Positions 26,388-35,200 of a stretch of 64,000 bases of DNA are shown in pieces; the first letter of the stretch is position 1, and the number at the start of each line of letters is the position of its first letter. The stretch lies in IMG/VR virus record IMGVR_UViG_3300032805_000004, positions 14,256 through 78,255 of that record. One strand, given 5' to 3'. The notes below the pieces were generated by a model. It did not search any database, was not told the origin of the DNA, and saw only the letters and a list, made by a program, of their open reading frames with translations. This DNA is from a virus. Position numbers and translations under genes: made by a program.

Positions 26388-27170
26388 TCAATAGCGCGGC
26401 CGGAACCATTCCGGCGGGCATCTGCGCTTATAGATCCACTGCGGCCACGTCTCGTCCACATCCACCGGGATCAGATGCTGCACACCTTCCTGCTGGACAC
26501 CGTGCCGGACCGCACCGGCCTCACCGAACCGGTACCAGCGGGTGGCACCATCCATCACCTGCGCGTACAGCTCCAGATGGCACATCACCTTCGCTTTCGC
26601 CCGGATCGCGTCCGGGCCACCGAGCCAAGTCAGGTGCCAGCCGCCGTCGTCCAGTACCGGGTACATGCCGCGGCCGTCCCGTGCCGTGGTGAAACACGAG
26701 ATCGCGTCCGCGCGTGCGGCCACCGCCCCCTGCCACGGGACAGGGACCAGCCAGTCCACCGCGTAGGCGGCGAACCTTTGCGCCAGCGAGATGAACGGCT
26801 TCGGGCGGCAGGCGACTGCGGCAGGTGACGGGATCTCGTCCACATCGCAGATGAGGACCGTGTCACCCTTGGTGGTGCCTGCCTTGCCGAGCCCGTCCCA
26901 CGTCCAGGACCGGTGGACGTGTTCCCGCGCCCACGGGTGGGCCTGCCAGCCGTGGGTTTCGTCGGCCACGATGTGCACGATCCGGTCTTTCCACGGCCCG
27001 AACCTGCCGTTCGCGTTGTCGGCGTAGTGCAGGGGTTTCGGTTTGCCGTGGTGATCCCATGGGGCTTCGACGAGGATGTGCCGGTAGATGGGGGTGCTGT
27101 CAAGTTCGGTGAGGCGGCATTCGAGCATGTCCAGTTCGTTGTTGAACAGGAACGCGTCGAAAACCCTCAC
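26388..27170 (-). CDS. GT17-like (beta-1,4-GlcNAc transferase family) glycosyltransferase
   Basis: FDAFLFNNELDMLECRL, ILVEA..HGKPKPLHY, DVDEIP, GGWHLTWLGG. Confidence 0.8.
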   Translation of the reverse strand: MRVFDAFLFNNELDMLECRLTELDSTPIYRHILVEAPWDHHGKPKPLHYADNANGRFGPWKDRIVHIVADETHGWQAHPWAREHVHRSWTWDGLGKAGTTKGDTVLICDVDEIPSPAAVACRPKPFISLAQRFAAYAVDWLVPVPWQGAVAARADAISCFTTARDGRGMYPVLDDGGWHLTWLGGPDAIRAKAKVMCHLELYAQVMDGATRWYRFGEAGAVRHGVQQEGVQHLIPVDVDETWPQWIYKRRCPPEWFRPRY

Positions 27171-27183
27171 AGGCGGCTCGCTT

Positions 27184-27414
27184 CTACGGGACCACTCTCA
27201 CCAGGGCGTGGTCGCAGTCGTTCGGCAGGTCACTGAACGCCGGGCAGGTAGATGGAATCGTATAGGTGATCTGGGTTGTGCCGTCCGGGCAGAGCAGGAT
27301 CAGCTGTGTGCCGGGTTGAAGGTTGCCCATTTGCTGCGGGTCACCCAAGATGCTCATTCGCTTGCCTGCTGTCTTGCATCCTGCGGCGTCTTTGACGCAG
27401 GTGGTCACATTCAA
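27184..27414 (-). CDS. Small Cys-containing hypothetical protein
   Basis: ORF fills the gap in the operon. Confidence 0.45.
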   Translation of the reverse strand: MNVTTCVKDAAGCKTAGKRMSILGDPQQMGNLQPGTQLILLCPDGTTQITYTIPSTCPAFSDLPNDCDHALVRVVP

Positions 27415-27493
27415 CGCTAGTGACAGCAGGGCTTCACGGGCCCCCCTACCGGATGACTTTGATCACACCGTGGAAACCCAAGACCAGACACGA

Positions 27494-28033
27494 TCACTCA
27501 CTCCGTTCGTGGGTTGTCCCGCAGGTCGGACATACGCACACAGCATTCAGCCGTTCTCTCCACCGGCTACGGCGGTTTCGCGCCTGCTGCGCCCGTGTAG
27601 CCCACTGGACGTTGCCCGGCTCGTAGTTGCCGTCGTTGTCCATACGGTCGAGCGTCGCTCCACCTGGTCGCGGGCCGAGTTCCTGATTCAGGTCATCCCG
27701 GAAACGGGTGAACTCGTGCCACGGCTCGTACAGGATGATGCCCCGGCCACCGTAGTAGCGGTAGTCGTAGTAGGTCACCTGGTAACACTTGACCTTGATC
27801 CTGCGCCACAACCGGTACAGGTAGTCGTCGTACCCGCTGCCGTGCTTGTAGCGACGCTTTCCCGTGGTCTCTCTTGTCAGGCAGCCACAGGACTGTGATG
27901 TACCAGTTGTCAGGCTGCTCCGCAGGACTTCGCGCTCTGTACCGCAATCACAGCGGCACAGAGCCTTCGGGTTGCATCGCTCAAGAGAGAGGACAGTCCA
28001 GCGGCCGTACCGATCGGCTGCTTTTATTCTCAT
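27494..28033 (-). CDS. Free-standing HNH-type endonuclease
   Basis: CRCDCG..SQSCGC..YYGGRGI..TLDRMDNDGNYEPGNVQWAT; TACGAT -10 box 7 nt before ATG. Confidence 0.85.
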   Translation of the reverse strand: MRIKAADRYGRWTVLSLERCNPKALCRCDCGTEREVLRSSLTTGTSQSCGCLTRETTGKRRYKHGSGYDDYLYRLWRRIKVKCYQVTYYDYRYYGGRGIILYEPWHEFTRFRDDLNQELGPRPGGATLDRMDNDGNYEPGNVQWATRAQQARNRRSRWRERLNAVCVCPTCGTTHERSE

Positions 28034-28065
28034 GCAGCCAATCGTACCGCAACCTGATGGAGACT

Positions 28066-28554
28066 TTACTCACTCCAGATGAGGTCCACGTTGTAGGTGC
28101 CGGGGAACGAGGACTGGTTGAAAAACATGTGCACTCCGCCCGAGGCGACCGCGGTGCCGGAGCCGAGGGGGACGCCCCATTCGTAGCCGGCCGGGGGGAA
28201 CTCTTCCCAGCTTGAGCCGGTGGTCTGGGGTAGTTCCTGCTCCCACAGCACGGTGCCGATGTTCGGCGGGGTACCCCAGCTGGTGGCGATGGTGCCGAGC
28301 GACGGCGGCGCGGAGTAGTCGTGCGCGCCGGCGGTCTGGATGTTGGTGACGGTGCTGGCCTGCCCGGAGCGGCACAGCTGGAATAGCACGTTGTTCCCGG
28401 CTGCGGCCGTGGTGGAGATGATGTCGATCCGGACGCCGACGACCCATAGCCGCTTGGTGCCGGTGGCGTACAGGGACAGGCAGGGGATCGCGGTCGTCGA
28501 GGTAGCGCTACCGAACAGGCTCGCCCGACCCACGTAGATGTCGCTGATGGGCAT
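28066..28554 (-). CDS. Hypothetical structural protein, paralog of 21643..22143
   Basis: Shared W-rich motif; both end in SE*; GGAGG SD. Confidence 0.6.
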   Translation of the reverse strand: MPISDIYVGRASLFGSATSTTAIPCLSLYATGTKRLWVVGVRIDIISTTAAAGNNVLFQLCRSGQASTVTNIQTAGAHDYSAPPSLGTIATSWGTPPNIGTVLWEQELPQTTGSSWEEFPPAGYEWGVPLGSGTAVASGGVHMFFNQSSFPGTYNVDLIWSE

Positions 28555-28645
28555 GGTGCTTCAACCTCCGTTGATGTTTCCGCCGCCAAGGGCAAGGCGG
28601 CCTGATATTTGCCCCGGCGAATCTGGGCAGGGCGAAAAGTGAAAG

Positions 28646-29038
28646 CTAGGGCGCTGGTGCGCCCTCGATCAGCAGCGAGCCGTCGAACACGGCCAACGCG
28701 GCCGAGGTGCCTGGGTTCATCCACAGGCAGTGGTAGTAGGTGTCCGGCGCCAGAGTCGCCGTCGCAGTCGCCGTCATCACGAGCAGCACCTGGGACAGGA
28801 TCGCGGTCTGGGTGACGGTGATCTGCCCATCCGGCCCTGATGTGGTGTTGATGGAGATGAGCGGGCCGGAGATGTCGGTCGGTGTGATGCGGGCGACGTA
28901 TTCCCAGGTGGCGCCGTTCGGGATGGGGTAGGGCACGTATCCGCTGGGGGATTGTGTGGTGAGGGTGAACGTCCACTGCTGCGCACTACCGGCGGGCATG
29001 CGCAGGGTCCAGGCGGCGACGCTGGTGGAGACGGCCAT
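28646..29038 (-). CDS. BppU-like Ig-fold virion protein
   Basis: GQITV...TATLAPDTYYHCLWM...VFDGSLLIE pattern. Confidence 0.5.
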   Translation of the reverse strand: MAVSTSVAAWTLRMPAGSAQQWTFTLTTQSPSGYVPYPIPNGATWEYVARITPTDISGPLISINTTSGPDGQITVTQTAILSQVLLVMTATATATLAPDTYYHCLWMNPGTSAALAVFDGSLLIEGAPAP

Positions 29039-29338
29039 CGGGTCACCTCCGGGTCAGGGCGATCCCGATGTCGATGGCGAGCCATATGAACAGGGCTGCG
29101 ATGAGCACGGCGACGGCGGTGTTGAGCAGCAGGTCACGTACCGGGTGGGGGGGTGGTGTGGCGCGCCATACGGGGGTGGACGGGACGTCGGTGAAGGGTG
29201 GTTTGGTGCCGGTGGGTGGTCCGCACATGGGCCACTGTCCGGGCATTGGAACCCACCACCGTAGTTTGTCCGTCTAGGTTGACGATGGTCGGCTGGCTCC
29301 GATAGATTGTCTGTGTAGCCAGACAAGGAGAACCCCAG

Positions 29339-31748
29339 ATGACCAGCACAGACGGCGCACCGGCCCTCGACCCGGACACCGAATACTTCTACCGCCTTGA
29401 GCAGTGCGACGAGGAGGAACTGTGACCCGCCGCCAGCTCACCCCGATCAACGTCACCGCCCGCCACCGCAACTTTCGCACCGGACGCCCAGAGATCTGGG
29501 CCGCGCGGTCCCGCGACGGCCGCTGGACCTACGACCGGGAAGAGACCCCCGGCACCCCGTGGATCGTCCAACACCGCGAAACCGGCGAGGAACGCTGGTT
29601 CGGCACCCTCGGCGCCGCACGCGCCGCCACCGCCAACGGCTGGGGCAACAACCTCGCCATCTGCCCGGACTGCCAGATCCGCGGCGGCCACAACGACAAA
29701 TGCCCCGCCCTCACCTAAAGGACACCCCCGATGACCACCACGACCCGCTACGCCGCCCTCATCGGCCAAACCATCACACGCTGGGACGGCCAAACCTTCC
29801 GCATCGCCACCATCGGCGAACCCACCATCGGCGGACTGTTCCTCCCCGTCACCGCCATCAACGCCAACTGCGAAACCTGGCCAGCGCTCCTCGACGCCGG
29901 GTTGGCTACCCTCGGTGATGCTGTCGTCTTCTGCACCGACATGGCCGCTACGTCAGCGTAGCCCTACACTGACAAACCATGGGCATCCAGATCATCCAGC
30001 AACCAGACGGCAAACTCTCCGTCTACTCAACCATCGTCAGCGACTGGATCTACACCGGGAAAACAGCGCAGGAACTTGAAGACATCTACGCCGAGGAAGC
30101 AGCCGAAGATGCGCGGTCTTCGATCAGGCGGATCACCGGCGCTGTCCTGTCCGGCGAAGCGCGCAAGGTGTACCACCAGTTCACCATGACCTTCGAGCAG
30201 GCCGAGAAGCAGATCAAGTCCGATCAGCAGGCCCACGAAGAAGGCGACGGCCAATGACCACCCGGCGCAAACCCACCCTCGTCTTCGGCGTCGCCGGCGT
30301 CGCAGCCTGGCTCGGCGTCCAACCCGGCACCGTCACCCAATGGCTCGAACGAGAAAAACGAGGCGAAGTCCCCCCAACGCCGCCACCAGACGTCCTGCTC
30401 ACACCAGGCCGGTCCGGTGTCCCAGACCGCGGTTGGCTCGTGACCCGGCGCCCCGAATGGGAAGCGTGGAAAGCGGCCCGGCCTGGCCGCGGCGCACCCG
30501 GCGTGCCCAGATCCCGCGACACCGTGGATGCATCTGGACTGCGGATCTGCTGTGGCACCAAGCCCGATACCGGACATCGGGGCACTTGCCAATACTCGAC
30601 AATGCGCTCCGCCCGCACCCCCGGGTAACGCGCACCAGCGACAAGGAGACCGATGATGCCTGACGAGCATGGCATGACCAAAGGCGCCGGGATCTGCCCC
30701 GTGTGCAACCGCTCATACATGATCAAAGATAACGGCACCCTGCGGAAGCACTGGTCGCGTGACGGCATGGGCAAGGCCCTGCCGTTCAGCAACCCCTGCG
30801 AGGGCTCCGGTAAACGGCCGTTCGTAATTGGATCAGCCGCCCCGGGTCCATCGACAACCCAGTGATCCCCTGGCCTGCCAGCGACAAGGAGACCGGCGAT
30901 GGATGAAAAACTGAGCCCACGTAAGAGCCCATGTCCGTCGTGCCCTTACCGGATCGACGTTCCATCCGGTCTGTGGCACGCCGACGAATACGACAAGTTA
31001 CCCCGCTTCGACGGCGACACCATCGAGCAAGCGAAAGCAGGCGCATACGGCGTATTCCTGTGCCACCAAGCCGATGGGTTCCTATGTGCTGGCTGGGCCG
31101 GATGCCATGACATGCACCAAAGCCTCGCGCTCCGCATGGCCACCAACGACGTTGACCTCGATGCAACGGTTAGCTACGTCTCGCCGGTCCCACTCTTCGG
31201 CTCTGGCGCTGAAGCGGCTGCACATGGCAAGCGCGACATCGCAGCTCCTAGCCCGCAAGCTCAGATCAAAATACGCCAGCTAGCACGGAAGAAGGAGACA
31301 AAGCGATGAAACGGCTCGCGTTCGCGGCCCTGTGCGCCTTCGTAGGCGTCATGGGAATCCTCTGCCTGACTTCCACCAACCGGATCACACCACCAGGACT
31401 GCAGCACACCAGATTCGCAGCTGTGCACTCCGGCATATGCCCCACCGGGTGGCGCTTCCAGTGGCACTGGTGGCTCCCACACGGCACCTGCGAGGAGCAG
31501 TTCTGATGTCGCATAGCTACCGCACCCACATAGCCCGCAACCCTGACGGGTCCACTACCCGCACCGTCACCCGCCTGCACCCAGGATGGCGACGCATCGG
31601 CCGGGCCATCTGTGTCTGGGTGGCGCTCGTCTGGCCGCTCACCATCGGCGCCCACAACGGCACACCCACCGTCCTCGGCTGGGTCCTGTTCGCCTGCTGG
31701 CTACCCGTAGCAGCGGCCGTGCTGGTGTGCATGCCCCGGAAGCACTAA
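29339..31748 (+). other. Counter-oriented cluster of small genes: 29339-29425, 29422-29718, 29731-29961, 29979-30257, 30254-30628, 30653-30865, 30899-31309, 31306-31506, 31506-31748
   Basis: Coupled ORFs, several with AAGGA(G) SDs; 30254 is HTH-like; last two are hydrophobic. Confidence 0.65.
30899..31309 (+). CDS. DUF6283-like Cys/His protein
   Basis: PCPSCPYRIDVPSGLWHADEYDKL...FLCHQ...CAGW. Confidence 0.65.
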   Translation: MDEKLSPRKSPCPSCPYRIDVPSGLWHADEYDKLPRFDGDTIEQAKAGAYGVFLCHQADGFLCAGWAGCHDMHQSLALRMATNDVDLDATVSYVSPVPLFGSGAEAAAHGKRDIAAPSPQAQIKIRQLARKKETKR

Positions 31749-31809
31749 CCAGCTCTTCGCTTGGCACCGGTGGTTCCCATACGGCACCTGCGAACAGCAG
31801 TTCTAGCGG

Positions 31810-32280
31810 TCACGGCAGTGGGATGAGACAGCCAGCGCTGCCCGTCCGCCCCGGCCAGAACCGGTCAAAATCCGCCGCATACGCTATTTCCGCCTGCGGA
31901 CGCCCCGCCAGGACAAGCTGCCGCGCCGCATCTGGCGGGAACCCCATACACGCCCGCAGCACACCGTAGGCCATGCTCGGCCCGCGGTTGACCCCGGCCG
32001 CGCAATGCGCATACACGCAGGTCCCGAGGCGGCTATACGCCCCGGTAGCGAACATGAGCCCCGACGACCACCACGTGTCAGGTTTCGGCAGCCCATCATC
32101 CGCTGTGGGATCCCACAGATACGTCAACCCGGCACCGGCGAGCAGTTGCGCATCGTCGAACTCGGCGCGGCAATCCAAAACGTGGGTGACCCCGGCGCGG
32201 ATCAGTGCGGTCACATCGGCCTGGTCGGTGATCGCGGCGCCGGTGGCCAGCCGGGCTGTGATCATCCCGAAATCAGCCAC
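31810..32280 (-). CDS. Dual-specificity/tyrosine protein phosphatase
   Basis: HCAAGVNRG = HCx5R signature; GVTHVLDC. Confidence 0.85.
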   Translation of the reverse strand: MADFGMITARLATGAAITDQADVTALIRAGVTHVLDCRAEFDDAQLLAGAGLTYLWDPTADDGLPKPDTWWSSGLMFATGAYSRLGTCVYAHCAAGVNRGPSMAYGVLRACMGFPPDAARQLVLAGRPQAEIAYAADFDRFWPGRTGSAGCLIPLP

Positions 32281-32285
32281 GACGC

Positions 32286-35200
32286 CTACTTGCCGCGTTC
32301 CCTGGCGGCGTGCTGCGCAGGCCAGTACCCCAGCGCCTCGTGATGACGCAAGTTACAGAACCCGTGCGCCTGCGCCTCAGTCATCTTCGCGTGCTCCATA
32401 ACCAGCCGGGTGCACCTGTCGAAGTCCCCGGGACTGCCCCATTTGATCTCTTCGGCATAGGCGAAGTGGGTTGGGCCGCCGTGCGCCTCATGCGTCCAAT
32501 ACTCCCGCAAAGTCTCGGCGTTCCCGGCCTTGGCCACCGGGGCGGGCTCCCAGCGGTCGCACACGTCCGCCGGGTCGATCACCCCAGCCACCAGACTGCA
32601 CGCATGATCTTCGTACATGCTGCAGGTGCCGCACGAACGGTCCGGGTCGGTCGCGGCGCGGTAGCGGACACTGTTCTTGCTCACCTTGACCCGCTTCGCC
32701 GATGCCGTACCGAGCGCGGCGAGGACCGTGTCGAGGTCGCCGGCGAGTTCGGGCCGCACCGCCGGGTTGTCCCGCAGTAGGGCCGGGTCCCACCAGGCGA
32801 TCGCCTCGACCTGGTCGCCGTCGGGGTCGTCGGGGTTGGTGACCTGCCCGCGGCCATCGTCGATGGGCACGGTGTCCTCGTCGGGGACGGCGTGGACGAA
32901 TCCTTGGTAGACGCCGTCTGGGCTTGTCCAGCCGCCAACAATGTCGCCGTCGGGTACCGTATGGCCGGTTTCTTCGGCCCACTCCCGCTTGGCGGCCTCG
33001 AGCGGTGTCTCACCGGGGTCGAGCTTCCCGCCGGGGAACTCCCAACATCCGCCGTCAGGGTCGTCTTCACCGAGGGCGCGCTGCAACATGAGCACCCGCC
33101 CAGTCCCGCGAGCCTGCACCGCCAGCCCCGCAGCGGTAGGGCCGGCGGTCGTCTTGTTCGCCGGATCGGCGCCCTGATGGAACTGGAACGAATGCGTCTC
33201 ATCCCACGGGCCGCCGTCATGGTCCACGAACCCGACATACGCCTTCACCGGCCGACCCAGCTTTTTGTACGCCAACGTCCGGTGATGCCCGTCGATGATT
33301 TTGACCTTGTCGTCGCCGGGTTCCTGCACCGCGACCACCGGATGCAGATGCGCCCGTTCATGCTTGATGTCCGCAGTGAACTGTTTCACCCGGTCGGGCT
33401 GGTGCGACGCCGCCCACGAGCCGACGTCGTCGTAGTCGACCCGGTCCTGGGGGATCAGCACCGGCCCGATCCACCGGGCGTCATCGATCCAGCCGAGCGC
33501 ATGCTCGGGGTAGTTCTTGCGGAGCTGGTTCTTGACGTGCTCCGGCTCGACCGGGTTGGGATCCGTGAGGTCGGCGGCGTTCTTCACCAGAACAGGTACG
33601 GCGGCGAGGGTCACGGCACCGATCGCAGCCGGCGCGAGAGCGCACCTGCAGTTATGCGCTATGATTCCGTTGGCGAAATACCATCCGTCAACGGTTTCGA
33701 GATTGTAGACATGACCAGACCAGTCGCAATGACGCCTGAGCTCAGCGACGCGATCGACGCCTACAAGAGCGGCAAGTCGCTCAGTGAGTGCGCGGCCATG
33801 TGCGGCATCGTTGGGCCAACCTTCAGGAACCGCCTCATCAAACTGGGCATCCCCCTGCGAGACACGCACTGGCTCGCCACATCCCAAAAGCTCGCCCTGC
33901 CAGTCGCTCTCATCGAGGAGTTCCACGGCGGCGCGACCATCAAATCCCTCACCCTGCGCTACGGCCTGTCTGGTAATACCATCCGCCGGAGACTCACAGA
34001 GTCCGGGGTCAACGTCAACCGACGCATACACCCGACCCCACCAGGCCTTATCGAGGATTACCTCGGCGGACTCGCCGTCAAGCCCATCGGCGCCAAGTAT
34101 GGACTGGACCGCAACACCGTCTACAGGATGCTCCGCGAAGCAGGTATCGACGGCCGGAACCGGTCGGAAGCAATGCAACTGCGCTGGCAGCGCGCGAACG
34201 TGGCCGAACGGCGCATCATGCTTGACCGGGCCCACGAGACGGCCCGTGGACGAGTCGCCAGCGCTGAGGAACGCGGCCAGATCGCTACCGCGAAAACAGG
34301 CGTGACCTTCAGCGGCAATGAGACAATCCTCGGCACACTCCTCGCCGACCTCGGCTACGACATCGCCTACGGTGTCCCCTGCGGCCCATACAACATCGAC
34401 GTAGTTATCGCCGGAACCGTCGCCGTGGAAGTCAACGGCGGTAACTGGCATGAGACCGGACATCACCGGGCCCGCTTCGGCGAGCGTGCGCGCCACATCC
34501 TCGATGCGGGCTACAGCCTGGCGATCATCTGGGCAGACGATCGCCGCTACCCGGTCAGCGCTATCTGTGCGGAGCAACTCGGAACCCTCACCGAGATCAC
34601 CCGCGGGCACCCATCCATCGGGCGTCAGCACTGGGTGATTCGGGGTGACGGGCACTTCCTTACCGTCCGCGAAGACGATGGTGACGAGGTCCCCTTTATA
34701 ACGTCGAGCGGTCGCCGCGACAGCTGACGGCCCAGTTACCACCACGCCAGCAGGGAAACAACGCGGGTGGCCCGGCGGTGACGGCACCCCCGACGGGAAC
34801 AGATCCCCCGTCGGGATCGGCCCGGCGTCACGGTTCGCCTGGCAGGCCACGCAGACACGCCCATCATCCGGTGCGGTCAGCCACTCCGTACGCGTCACCC
34901 CAGCATCGCTGTAGCGGTCCATCGACGCGGCGGACACGGCGCGGGCGATCTCCGTGTGGGCGATCATCTCCGCCCGGTTCTTCACATCAAGAATGCCCGG
35001 CAAGTCACGGGCGACCGTGTCCACCGGCTCACCCGCCCGGACACCCTCACTGATCGCCTGCGCGAGGTCGTCCATCTTGCTGTCCGCGACCGCGCTGATC
35101 CCCCGGACGTCGTACTCGTCAAGGAGGTTCCGCAGCCCAGTCTCATCGGCGATCTTTGCGGCGGCTTTCGGGTCGCCGGGTTTCCAGTCGCCCCAGTCCG

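Noticed and set aside
32892-33710. N-terminal part of the 611-aa + strand ORF
   Set aside because: Reads as antisense shadow of the ParB/Nudix modules; only the part from 33711 has protein-like motifs.
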